A stretch of 41,853 nt of DNA from Octopus bimaculoides (lineage: Eukaryota): assembly GCF_001194135.2 (NCBI RefSeq), contig NC_068984.1, forward strand, positions 29,177,989 through 29,219,841. Reading direction: 5' to 3'. Positions 11,895-23,617 of this stretch are shown here, one piece after another; position 1 is the first letter of the stretch, and each line of letters starts with the position of its first letter. A model generated the notes under the pieces. The model was not told the DNA's origin. It did no database searches and worked only from the letters and a program-made list of their open reading frames with translations. The position numbers were made by a program, and so were the translations under genes.

Positions 11895-11959
11895 AAGCTG
11901 AAAGCTTTTAGCACCAGAGGTTAAAGTTACCAGTTCGCTAGGTTCGCTATTACCGTCAT
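11895..11959 (-). CDS. Candidate 65-nt coding exon (xDGNSEPSELVTLTSGAKSFQL), product unknown
   Basis: ttcaag|...|gtaagt boundaries and one open frame (phase 1 to 0). The peptide loosely resembles the end of a fibronectin type III repeat (GxSEPSExVT). No frame-compatible neighbour was established. Confidence 0.25.
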
Positions 11960-13170
11960 CTTGAACACATACATATAATGAGGTATAAACATATACATAT
12001 ACACACGCGCGGTTTCCTTTTTATGTTATGGTTTTAGCTTTATATTTTTCGAAGCTAAGATTTGAACTACTGAACATACTAATGCGTGTGTTCGTACATG
12101 TGTGTGTGTGTGTTTGATTCTTTGTGCAGTAGTTTGTGTCTGTGTGCTGTGTGCAAGCGACTAGAGACAGTGGGAGTTGTTTTAAAGCAATAACAGTTAG
12201 CTAAAGGGTGAGACGGTTAACCGCAACAATTTGTCTCGCATATTTGTTGTCAAATTTGTTTTTCCGGGCAAGCAGTAAGTACATGAGTGGAGGCGGGGTG
12301 TTGGAGATGCTAACATCAGCAGCCAGCAGAGAATCAGACTCGGAGGCTTTTCCGAGTCTCATTTATTGTCAAGTCAAATCTTTCCAGAATCGATCTTGTG
12401 TTTCTTACCTCCGGAATAAAACAGGTTCTTGAACAATACTGGCTATCGCGTTTTCTCGCTTTGCCTTGAGCTGTGTCAAAACAATATTTTCTTTTTTAGA
12501 TATAGATAAGTGAATCAAGATGTAATATTTTATTTATATTAAGTCATTGCCAATATTTGACTAATTCTATACTTATAAACTTGCGAGACAAGTTCGATTA
12601 TTATTCATAATAAACGACTGCTTATATGTGTGTGTATGTTATGTTCGTGCGAGTGTTAGCAAGAGATAAAGGGCAAATATAAGAAATAGAAAGAGACAAC
12701 ATATGAAAGAAAGGAGAGCAACAGAATGAGATTATGCGTTCGAGTAAATGTGTTGAAAACTGTTTTCTTTTCAACGTTTAAACATTAAGTGAGACATTAT
12801 ATGTCTCACCACTTAGAACACATCTGTTTTGTGTTTATATCATTGTTAGAATGGGGTGGGTACAGTTGAGTTGATTGCCTTTAGTGGTTTTTATCTAATC
12901 ATCTCTCAACAGAAACTCTTTCTCTGAATAGTAAGGTACAAAAAGTTGTCCTGTGACATCTCAAAGAACAGAGTGGCGCTGTACACTCAAAAATACACGT
13001 TCTTTCTTATATTTACTAACCCAAATTAATAACAAACCACGGAAAGAAAGGGGAAAATAACGCTTTTGGTTGTCGTTTAGAAATGAATTTTTTTTAAAGA
13101 ACACCATGAAATTATATATATACACACATCTATATATACACCATAAGAGTACACACACACACATATCTAT

Positions 13171-13536
13171 GGAGGTGTGACTCTGTGGTTGGGAGTTTGC
13201 TTCCAAACGACATGGTTCCGGGGTTCAGTCCCACTGCGTGGCACCTTGGGCTCGTGTCTTCTACGATAGTTTCGGGACAGCCAAAGCCTTGTAAGTTGAT
13301 TTGGTAGACAGACAGAAAGAAGACCGCATGTATGTATGTATGTCCCCCACCACCGATTGATAACCAATGGTGGTGTGCTTACGTCTCCATAACGTAGCGG
13401 TTCGGCAAAATGACCGATAGAATAGGTACCCAGCTTAAACAAGAGGTACTGGTGTTGATTCGTTCAACTAAAATTCTTCAAGGTGGTGCCTCAACATGGC
13501 CGCAGTCTAATAACTGAAACAAGTAAAAGATAAAAG
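13171..13536 (+). mobile_element. SINE family B, full length
   Basis: tRNA-like head with B box GGTTCAGTCC, CORE-like GGCACCTTGGG and an (AAAAGAT)-type tail. Probable TSD ATATCTAT at 13163-13170 and 13537-13544. Confidence 0.85.
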
Positions 13537-13788
13537 ATATCTATCTATCTATCTATCTGTCAGTGTGTGTGTTTGTGTGTGGTGCTGAAATGTTCCTGGC
13601 TTTGGGTCAAAGAAACTTCAGTTAATTATGATTTTATTCAACATATTCCCTTTTCAAATTTACACACTTATTGCAGAGGTCCTTCAGTTTTTCTAAGCCC
13701 TGTAAAACAACTCCGAAGGCTGGGTATCCAGCCAGGCCTTTCGCGATACTCTTAGAGCAGGAACTTTTCACTACCCCACTTCTTAATG

Positions 13789-13819
<31 letters not shown>

Positions 13820-13894
13820 TAATACAAATAATATGTGAGTATATGCATATATACGTACATGTATATACATACCTACATCTACATGTATATATAG

Positions 13895-14050
13895 ATGCAT
13901 ATCTGGGTACAGGACGTTACAAAAAAAAAACGTGGACAAAATGAGAAACAGAACATAAACAGAGCACAGAAAATACACAGGCCACATAGAGAACATTTCC
14001 TTCATCAGCTGCCACCATTCTAAAACTAAGCGTTTCGAAAAGTTAGGGCA
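13895..14050 (-). mobile_element. Penelope-like terminal repeat fragment with hammerhead-like motifs
   Basis: Minus strand reads CGAAAC-23 nt-CTGATGAAG...GTTCTCT...ACGTCCTGTACCCAGATATGCAT and is homologous to 27475-27637. The Penelope assignment is inferred from the motif type. Confidence 0.45.
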
Positions 14051-14383
14051 GTATGTATGCATGTATGTAAGCTCTAATCAAGGAATCCATATGCGTATAA
14101 ATCACAGATGAATATTTACGTATATGAAATTATACACCCTCTAACATTGATAGCAGTGGAGTAGATGTATAATAAGTGTTAGTGTATATCTATATGGATA
14201 GTTATTAATATGTTAGACCACATTTCACTTTATTACATACATTGGTTTCAAATTTTGGCTGGCCAGCAAATATGACATATATTGACGTGTATTGTTTTTA
14301 ACGCATGGACCTTACTCGATTTCTGAGTATATATCCATCCATTCATACAAGCATGAGTGAACACACACACACACACACACACA

Positions 14384-14701
14384 CGGCACTCCGTTGATTA
14401 CTACTACGAGGGCCTCAGTTAATCCGATCAACGGAACAAGCTGTTCGTGAAATTAACGAGCAAGTAGCTGAGCGCTCAACAGACACGCGTATCTATAACA
14501 CAGTTTTCAGGGAGATTCAGTGTCACACAGGATGTGATGTCTGGTCCTTTGAAATACACAGGTACTCCTCATTTTTGTCAGCTGAGTGGACTGAAGCAAC
14601 GTGAAATAAAGTGTCTTGCTGAAGGACGCAACTCATCGCCGGGAATCGAACTCACGACCTCAAGATCGTGAGCCGCATACTGCCAACCACTATGCCACGT
14701 G

Positions 14702-14708
<7 letters not shown>
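14384..14708 (-). mobile_element. SINE with head E (CORE-like) and tail X, inserted in (CA)n
   Basis: Head ...GTGAGTTCGATTCCCGGCG...TCCTTCAGCAAGACACTTTATTTCACGTTG. The tail matches 22370-22539 (GTTGATCGGAT...GGAGTGCC). Confidence 0.75.
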
Positions 14709-14744
<36 letters not shown>

Positions 14745-14784
14745 CCCCCCAAAAAACAAAAACAAAATGGATGAAAGGTCTCCA

Positions 14785-15010
14785 ATCATAGACTCATAAG
14801 GCCGATTTGTCGGATTTTGTGACGTATGTATTTCCCTATTTGACGGGACAACTGTCCGTCACAGAATTATTTATTTTTGCCGGCTGAGTGGACTGAGCAA
14901 CGTGAAATGAAGTGTTTTTCTCGAGAACATAACGCATCGCCCAGTCCCGGGATAAAATCTACAATCTTACGACCATGAGTGCAACACCTCTAACCACTAA
15001 GCCATGCGCC
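14785..15010 (-). mobile_element. SINE with head E and tail Y, diverged
   Basis: Head as in 14580-14705. Tail GTGACGGACAGTTGTCCCGTC...ATCGGCCTTATGAGTC matches 23340-23420. Confidence 0.6.
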
Positions 15011-15156
15011 CCCACCAAACACACAGAGCCATATATATTCATATTAATACGTGTGTGTGCATGTGTATAAATAAGTAGAATCATCATAGCAGTGTGACAA
15101 GAACGATGATTGATTTGAATTTCTGGTACAACTTATCAGGCGGGTTTCCGTAACTT

Positions 15157-15231
15157 CCTTCAAGGACCTTAGTGGGATAAACCTTCAAGGACCTTAGTGG
15201 AATAAACCTTCAAGGACCTTAATGGGATCAA
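15157..15231. repeat. 25-bp tandem repeat, three copies (CCTTCAAGGACCTTAGTGGGATAAA)
   Basis: Units start at 15157, 15182 and 15207. The array joins a SINE B fragment at 15232-15300. Confidence 0.9.
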
Positions 15232-15489
15232 AGGTTATAGCAAAGACACTTGTCCCAGGTACCACACAGTGAGATCGAACTCGGTACCAAATAGTTGCGA
15301 AGCATATGCTTGTGCGTGCATATACACCCAAAACCACACTAATAGCTTAGGAATGAAATTTAGGATTTCTAGGTTTTCTGTGAATCGATTTTGATAAAAC
15401 TTTTCCCAACTGGTTTGCATCATACTATGGCAACACCATTGTTATGCTTTCATTATTCTGTGTAACGTCCTTTCTTTTCAATTTGAATT

Positions 15490-15560
15490 TAGTTCACTGA
15501 CCCCCAGTACTACCTTTGCGGATTATTAGGGGTCCGCGGACCCCAGGTTGGGAACCACTG
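15490..15560. mobile_element. Single end of an hAT-type MITE
   Basis: GGGGTCCGCGGACCCCAGGTTGGGAACCACTG is the reverse complement of a CAGTGGTTCCCAAC-type TIR. The other end was not found. Confidence 0.55.
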
Positions 15561-16140
15561 CATAAGACAAATAGGTACATATGCAGAGACAGAACAAGAT
15601 ATCACCGTAGCTGCGTACATGTACATGGATAGATATTTTTTTTATGAATTTCTTCGTTGACAAAAAAAAAAAAAGAAAGAAAAGAAAAAATAGCTAAATG
15701 CACCAATTCGATTTTTCCACCCTAATTGGGGGGGGGGGGGTCTTTCTCAGAGACAGTCTAAACCTTATATTCTTCAAATTTGCAACTAATGGCCTCATAA
15801 ACCCAATAAATATGGTAGTACCAGGAATTGGAAATTCCAATTTGCATTATATTAGTATTTTTGCTGGTAGCTAATTCAATTAAATCCTAGACTTTGCACT
15901 AGCTGTTGAGATATAAGATAAACAGAAAAAGCAAAAGATTTAACTGAAGTTACATAAAAACATGCTTGCGCACATAAACACATACACGCGCACACATATA
16001 CACACACACAGATGCACACTTATACAGACACACACACACGCACACACACACACACAGCATTTGTATGTTTACTTATTAATTTACGTATTTATGCAGCTTC
16101 GGTTAAATCTTGTACCGCTCTAGTAAGTCAATATGCTGAT

Positions 16141-16215
<75 letters not shown>

Positions 16216-16286
16216 NNNNNNNNNNNNNNNNNNNNNNNNNNNNNNNNNNNNNNNNNNNNNNNNNNNNNNNNNNNNNNNNNNNNNNN

Positions 16287-16323
<37 letters not shown>

Positions 16324-17119
16324 AACGCGCGCACACACATACATCGGATGTATATGTATATACGTATATATATATGTATATATGGGTGTGTGTCTGTGTT
16401 TTCGAGTAAAATCGGGTTTTTATTGTGAAAATCATGGTAGGATCAGTTAGTATAAGATATCCAAAGTGGTAATGCTAAGTATGAACATGTGTTATTAAAA
16501 CACTGAGTTCCACAATAAGCGTTTTGTCTCGTAATAAACATGTTAGGAGAGTAAAATGTGTTTGTACTAATAACGATTATGGTAATGATGAAGAAATAAA
16601 GAACAGACTGGAACTGAAAACAACATTTCATAGATAATCTGATGGAAAGATGCTGAAGGACGAGTGGATAGACAGACAGACAGATAACCATCCATCCAGA
16701 CAGACAGACAGACAGACAGATAGGTAGATAGACAGGTAGGTAGATAGATAGATAGATAGGTAGATAGATAGATAGATAGATAGATAGGAATAAAGAATAT
16801 ACCGCCACTACAATAAATTGAATTGAAAATGGACTGATGGATAATGCAATGTGTGTGTGTGTGTNNNNNNNNNNNNNNNNNNNNNNNNNNNNNNNNNNNN
16901 NNNNNNNNNNNNNNNNNNNNNNNNNNNNNNNNNNNNNNNNNNNNNNNNNNNNNNNNNNNNNNNNNNNNNNNNNNNNNNNNNNNNNNNNNNNNNNNNNNNN
17001 NNNNNNNNNNNNNNNNNNNNNNNNNNNNNNNNNNNNNNNNNNNNNNNNNNNNNNNNNNNNNNNNNNNNNNNNNNNNNNNNNNNNNNNNNNNNNNNNNNNN
17101 NNNNNNNNNNNNNNNNNNN

Positions 17120-17500
17120 TCAAATTCTGCCAAGGTCGACTTTGCCTATTATCCTTCAGGTGTCGATAAATCAAGTCGATAAATTAAGTACCAGTTATGC
17201 ACTGGGGTCGATGTAATCGACTTAACCCTTTGTCTGTCCTTGTTTGTCCCCTCTATGTTTAGCCCCTTGTGGGCAATAAAGAAATAAGAAATGTTAGCAC
17301 GTCAGGCGAAATGCTTAGCGGTATTACGTCTGTCTTTACGTTCTGAGTTCAAATTCTGCCAAGGTCGACTTTGCCTATTATCCTTCAGGTGTCGATAAAT
17401 CAAGTCGATAAATTAATTACCAGTTGCATAGTGGGGTCGATCTAATCGACTAGTTCCCTCCCCGAAAATTTCGGGCCTTGTGCCTAGAGTAGAAAAGAAT
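17120..17500 (+). mobile_element. Two tandem SINE family A units with different tails
   Basis: The body at 17121-17185 is repeated at 17351-17415 with the same private variants. The first unit has the GTTTGTCCCC...GTGGGCAATAAAG tail and the second the GGCCTTGTGCCTAGAGTAGAAAAG tail. Confidence 0.85.
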
Positions 17501-18377
17501 ATGTGCGTGCGTGCGCGCTGATGATGATTATAATGATAATGAAACAGGAATAAGAAAAAGGAAAACACTAAATGATTCAATATAGAAAATACTAAGTATT
17601 GATGATGATTAAGAGGTGCCCAACATCATAGTCCTTGATATATCCCCGAACGAAACTAAATGCTTTTTGTTGAACTCACTCTTACTGAAACACACACGTA
17701 TACACGTATATATATATATACACAGATTTAAGTGTAGAGAAAATTAAATTACTTTCATACACTCAAGTGCCCCGTGTATATACATAAGCATTCGTCTACA
17801 TCTTTTACAATCATTGACACAATCAAAATGTAACTACTGCCATTCTATAACTTATCCATTTTGTTTTGTTAATCTTGTTAGAATATCATATAACATATTC
17901 TATTAAACATACAAAATATAAATATGCAACATTTAACACGGTAATGCAAACGTACTTGTTGATTCTCCATCGTGTGCATGCATATAATACAGATTAAACC
18001 TTTGAAGAATGCATGACGATCATTTGTATGTTAATGTTATATTCTATTACAAGCGTTCAGAATCGAATTATATTACAAAACTAATCTCATTTTGTCTCTC
18101 GCTTCTTGTAACCCTAATATAATATGTGCTGTTTCATTTAACCCTTTGAAAATCAGAAGTGATTGTTTTTCTCTAGTAAATACTAGGCAGTGATTAGATT
18201 AGATTAGATTAGATATTAGATTAAATTAGATTTTGATTATTTGTCATTTCCTTTTCTTTTTATTTTATTGTACATCTGTTCTTCTGCTTATTATAGTTTC
18301 AGTTAGTCCTTTCATTGAATATCGGGGTTTCATACTGCTAGTGTTTCGTATTTCTTCTATATTTATGCATTAATTAA

Positions 18378-18596
18378 AAGGCAGCGCGCTGGCAGAATCG
18401 TTACTACGCTAGGCAAAATGCTTAGCGGCGTTTCGTTTATCTTTATACTCTGAGTTCAAATTCCGCCGAGGTTGATTTTGCCTTTCATCCTCTCGGGAGG
18501 CGATAAATTAAGTACTCGTTGATCACCGGGGTCGATGTAATCGACTCCCCCCACCTCCCCGAAATTGCTGGCCTTGTGTCAAAATTTGAAACAAAT
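18378..18596 (+). mobile_element. SINE family A, full length
   Basis: GGCAGCGCGCTGGCAGAATCG...GAGTTCAAATTCC...GGCCTTGTGTCAAAATTTGAAAC. Confidence 0.88.
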
Positions 18597-18879
18597 ATAT
18601 CATGCGTTTAACTGCCGGGAGAGAAAAATATAAATAAAGCGTCCTCTCCTTGCACACAACGCTAGTTCATTATGATCTAACTCTCCAAGAAAGCAGGCGC
18701 AGCTTATGTCTATATTGCATACTAATGGTTCCATAACGAAAACAAAAAGGAATATTGTTGACAACTTTCGACTGTAGAATGCACAAAATTTCCTTGTAAA
18801 ATTGTATACCTCACGTCCATTTATCTTTGAGTTAGAAGTTTCCTTCCATTATAGTATTCGTCAATAATGTCTCTCTGAC

Positions 18880-19010
18880 CCACAGACTATTTAGTTGTGA
18901 TATCGCTCGGGTTTGGCTATGTCTTTACAACCGTCTTTCATTTAGTGCCGATGACACTACCCTCACTTTCTGTTTGCCTTTCAAGTCATCTACTCAAAAC
19001 TAATCTGCCA
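18880..19010 (+). pseudogene. Possible very old LINE reverse-transcriptase remnant
   Basis: One frame reads ...LYNRLSFSADDTTLTF..., which resembles the (F/Y)ADD motif of CR1/L2-type RTs. The flanking motifs are not convincingly preserved. Confidence 0.25.
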
Positions 19011-19139
19011 ACACCAGATGACATACATCAATTCCATGACCGTTTTTCTCTAGAAGTACTCAGATTTTTAGATCCCGTCATAAACTATTCAAAAATTAAA
19101 CGTCACAATCCACCGAAGATCATATACTCTTTACTCTTT

Positions 19140-19540
19140 TACTTGTTTTAGTCGTTTGACTGCGGCCATGCTGGAGCACCGCCTTTAGTCGAGCAAATCG
19201 ACTCCAGGACTTATTCTTTGGAAGCCTAGTACTTATTCTATCGGTCTCCTTTGCCGAACCACTAAGTTACGGGGACGTAAACACACCAGCATCGGTTGTC
19301 AAGCGATGTGGTGGGGACAAACATATACACACAAACATATACACACACATACATATCTATATATACATATATACGACGGGCTTCTTTCAGTTTCCGTCTA
19401 CCAAATCCACTCACAAGGCTCTGGTCGGCCCGAGGCCATAATAGAAGACACTTGCCCAAGGTGTCATGCAGTGGGACTGAATCCAGAACCATGTGGTTGG
19501 TAAGCAAGCTACTTACCACTCCAGTCACTCCTGCGCCTAT
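19140..19540 (-). mobile_element. SINE family B, full length, well conserved
   Basis: Head, CORE-like segment, internal (TA/CA)n and the 3' ...GCTCCAGCATGGCCGCAGTCAAACGACTAAAACAAG tail. Confidence 0.9.
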
Positions 19541-21660
19541 ATATTTTGTCTTCTTCTTTAGTTTTGTTGTAACCATCATGGTTAAGACCATACTGAAGTA
19601 ACGCTTTGAAAAGTTTTATGGTGGGTAGGTGGTTATCTATCTAGATGCCTCTATTTGTCAGAGTTAGCCATATATGTAGATTTATATGCTCAGTTTGCTT
19701 GTCTGTGTAAAACCAGCAGTTGACCATGCACGTAAATCTCTCCTCTCTACTCAAAGGAAAAGCCGCTGCTCTAAGGCTAATACAGCTTAACACCAGCATC
19801 GTCGCAGGCGTTGCGGTCAGAACGCAAGAAGCCAGAACAGCTACTGTAAAGAATCTTGCTCAGTGTTCTAGCAGTTCCTCCAATCTATCGGCGTGAACAG
19901 GGATTTGTACTTAGAGCATAGAGTGTCGAAAGAAAATATTGCAAGGCATTCTATAAAATGCTCGACTGGTTTTGCTACCCCGTCTATTTATCCATCATTT
20001 ATCAACAACGTAATCAAAATAGTATAGCAAAATCAAGGCAGCTCCAAAGTTTACAAGTTGTTTCATCTCTGAACATATATTGGCCTCATACATAGTTCAA
20101 GCGCAGGTCACACTAAAATGCCATTCACATATCTGAGTCAGAATAACTTAGATATGAGAAAAACACATTACCGCCCACGTCCTAAATAGGCCACCTGATT
20201 AACTGGCAAATCTTTACTTACAATGACTCGGACACTGCAGCGCTCCACCCACTTGCTACTTATTCTACTGTTACTATATTGCTTCTGCGTTTTTTAATTA
20301 AATAGTTGCTTCTGAGTCTACTGAGTCTTACTGCAAAAATCGTATACTAAATCTCTCTTCTCAGAAATATACCCCAGTAGGGTTATCTCTCATTTTCTTT
20401 TCTCTTTTTTTTTCCTCCATACACACAAATCTGCTGAAATTCAAGCTCAATATAAGCTGTATCGACTCTATCACTCTGGAAGGACGGGTAAATACCATAA
20501 ACCGTTCCCGTCTCACTTGGATTAAGACATTAAAATAAAGCTAATTTTTATAGCCAACAAACAGTTGTTTGAATCAGTGTAGAAACAGTAAAAATTCTTA
20601 TTGAATTCATCGAATTAAAAGTAATGTCAGCAGCATCATTTGAACTCAGAAACTTGATAGGGGAGAAGGAGGAGAGTAAATTGAATACTCTGGTATATTC
20701 AATCTCATGATCTACTATTTCTACCAAACTCAAAAACACAGCAATAATCATGAAAGTTAATTTTTTTCTTTTAGTTTTACTTTCCTGGATTGGTAACTTA
20801 TAAAGATTTAACCAAAAACCAAACGGAGCTTTTTCTATAGAATATTTAAAACCACATGCCTCACACAAATTCTATTCGCGTCTTAATTAGGCATAATACT
20901 TTCTATCCAAGCTATCCTCAAAGCTACCGTAATAGCAACAACAATAGTATCGATATTTTTAGTAGTGCAGTTTTAAAGTTATGGGATGGGAAATTCCTAA
21001 AGGCATTAGAAAAGCCTAAATGATGCTTATCCCTATTCAATATTTGAAACCACACAGATTCTATTTTCGTCTTATTCAGATATAAAGTCAGATGGAAATA
21101 GAGTTAAGCATCTTGCTCGGAGACACAATACCGTTGTTTCCAGTAAGATTCAAACCTATGACTGAGTTGGAAGCCATTTGATATATAATCTATTCATCCA
21201 TTGAATATACCAATAACAAAGTTTTCTGTTTCTCAGAACAAGGCTAGTATTGTATGAAATTATATGAGAAAGAATCTATTGCCAGATGAATGTATTGCAG
21301 GTAATTACCAGTGTTTAATTAGTTTCTTGATCTCAGAAAAGTGAAAATGAAAAAGGAATAAGCAAAAGGAAAATGGCTGATATCAGAGACAATTTGAAGT
21401 CAGAAATATGTCTATCGAAGTAGATATTGAAATCCTGGAGGCCATTGCTCAGCGATTAGCAGGTAATCCTAAAACAGTAACAATAATGTTAATTTCATAT
21501 ATTGAGATGTAATTTCAGATAAACTGAAATGGAAAGTTGTTATGTTCAAGCATGAAACCTCCGAGGCAGTTGGACTGAATTTATATTTTCAAGTAGTCTT
21601 TAGTTACCTGATCACATGCACACACGCACGCACGCACGCACGCATATATGGATATGTGTT

Positions 21661-21719
<59 letters not shown>

Positions 21720-22151
21720 GTGGGGTGAGACAGTGAGAGATATACACTAAAAATGTATGCATACCACCTTTCTTAGTATATGTCTTCTAAATCAGTGTCA
21801 AAAGACTAAACACTCTAGATTCGACAGTCAAATCATAAAACAGCTATTTTCACATTTACTCACTATTTGAGAAAATGTGTTCAGTAAAAAATCTCTAAAT
21901 GCTATGAAAGAACCAATGCTTAGTTTTGATTTCATTGCATCAATAGACGAGAGATAAACTCTGTCTTAGGTAGCATGTCTTTATTCGTACTGAATTTAGT
22001 AGTGTTTGTGAATTGTCGAAATATACAATGACATGCTGAAGTAAACGGTTTATGATTCTTCTTCCACTGCTTGAATCCAGGTCAACACAGACAGCTTTTA
22101 TTGAGGAATAAGACATCTCATTTCTTTTTTTATTGGCCTCACCAGAAGCCC

Positions 22152-22539
22152 GTGTGGAGGCGCAGTGACCCAGTGGCTAGGGCAGCGGACTCGCGGTCAT
22201 AGGATCGCGGTTTCGATTCCCAGACCGGGCGCCGTGAGTGTTTATTGAGCGAAAATACCTAAAAGCTCCAAGAGGCTCCGGCAGGGGATGGTGGCGAACC
22301 CTACTGTACTCTTTGACCACAACTTTCTCTCACTCTTACTTCCTGTTTCTATCGTGCCTGTAATTCAAAGGGTCAGCCTTGTCATGCTCTGTGTCACGCT
22401 GAATCTCCCCCGAGAACTACGTTAAGGGTACACGTGTCTGTGGAGAGCTCAGCCACTTGCACGTTAATTTCACGAGCAGGCTGTTCGTTGATCGGATCAA
22501 CTGGAACCCTCGACGTCGTAAGCGACGGAGTGCCAACAA
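22152..22539 (+). mobile_element. tRNA-derived SINE, head C and tail X, full length with 12-bp TSD
   Basis: Head GTGGAGGCGCAGTGACCCAGTGGC...GGTTTCGATTCCC and an (AAC)n end. TSD CACCAGAAGCCC at 22140-22151 and 22540-22551. Confidence 0.92.
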
Positions 22540-22767
22540 CACCAGAAGCCCAAAGCGTTAAAGTTTCATCTCTTTTCGGCAAAGAATCCTCATGAATCGT
22601 GAAATGGTTTTTTGCCACCGTCTACTTTTATCTTTAGTATGTTGCCCCCGATTAGCCTTAGATCAGCTCATATCAAACAGTCCTATAATCAAAGACATTC
22701 CAACCCAATCAAGCCCAACAGAACATTGATTAATATCTCAATTCTTTTTTTTTGTTTACAGATATAC

Positions 22768-22864
22768 CTTATCTAGGTCTATATTTTTGAAAGTGCTCTT
22801 CCATGCTACTTCTTGCAAATCGAACAACCACGGGGAAAACTCCCTCGTTGGATCTCTACCTTTT
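22768..22864 (-). CDS. Candidate 97-nt coding exon (KGRDPTREFSPWLFDLQEVAWKSTFKNIDLDK), product unknown
   Basis: tttttgccatag|...AAG|gtatat boundaries and one open frame (phase 2 to 0). No homology was recognised. Confidence 0.2.
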
Positions 22865-23127
22865 CTATGGCAAAAATAGATGCTACCTAAACATGTTTTG
22901 AACTCTTACCCAATGAATATGGCGTTAAATCCTTCCAGGAAATTTAATTCAGCAGTCTATATTTATCAAGTTAATATACGAATGATGTTAATAACTGACT
23001 CATTTCCAAGCACATGCAAACACGTTCGCACGAACACGTGTTGTCATACGAACTTTGATGGAAAATGAAAACTAAAATGTAATAAAAATTTACTAATCGT
23101 TATTTTAGACCAACCATATGTATACAT

Positions 23128-23450
23128 GTGGAGGCGCAATGGCCTAGTGGTTAATGCAGTGGACTCGCGGTCAGACGATCGTGGTTTCGATTCCTAGACC
23201 GGGCGTTGTGTGTGTGTGTGTGTGTTTATTGAGCGAAAACACCTAAAGCTCCACGCGCTCCTGCAGGGGGTGGTGGCGACCCCTGTTGTACTCTTTCGCA
23301 CCAACTTTCTCTCACTCTTTCTTCCTGTTTCTTGAGTAACGCTGCGATGGACTGGCGTCCCGTCCAGCTGGGGGGAACACATACGCCATAGAAACCGGGA
23401 AACCTGGCCCGTGAGCCTGGCTAGGCTTTGAAAGGGCGAAAAGAAGAAGA
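23128..23450 (+). mobile_element. SINE with head C and tail Y, full length with 12-bp TSD
   Basis: Same head as 22152 but tail GCGATGGACTGGCGTCCCGTCCAG...(AAG)n. TSD ATATGTATACAT at 23116-23127 and 23451-23462. Confidence 0.92.
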
Positions 23451-23546
23451 ATATGTATACATAAGCATAAATTATCCAGTAGCTTATGCTCATTGTTTTA
23501 CACAGGCACAGTTTAAAATCCATTTATTACTGTACTCTACAAACAC

Positions 23547-23617
<71 letters not shown>

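Noticed and set aside
12345-12360. Histone 3' stem-loop
   Set aside because: Stem and loop do not match the 6-bp stem/4-nt loop consensus and there is no histone ORF.
13634-13780. Peptide ...KDLCNK resembling the Ly6/three-finger C-terminal motif
   Set aside because: The required second cysteine pattern is absent, there is no good donor site, and the ORF starts in repeats.
15157-15231. CRISPR-like direct repeats
   Set aside because: The units are contiguous with no spacers, the context is eukaryotic, and there are no cas genes.
20222-20330. Minus-strand exon with a GTAAGT donor
   Set aside because: Stops occur in all three frames. It could only be a UTR exon and has no other support.
20548-20868. 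106-aa minus-strand ORF that looks protein-like
   Set aside because: It overlaps degenerate SINE A sequence (ATTTGAACTCAGAA B-box region) and has no recognisable domain.
22152-22230. tRNA gene at this and other SINE heads
   Set aside because: A and B boxes are present, but there is no complete cloverleaf and each head continues into a SINE body with TSDs.
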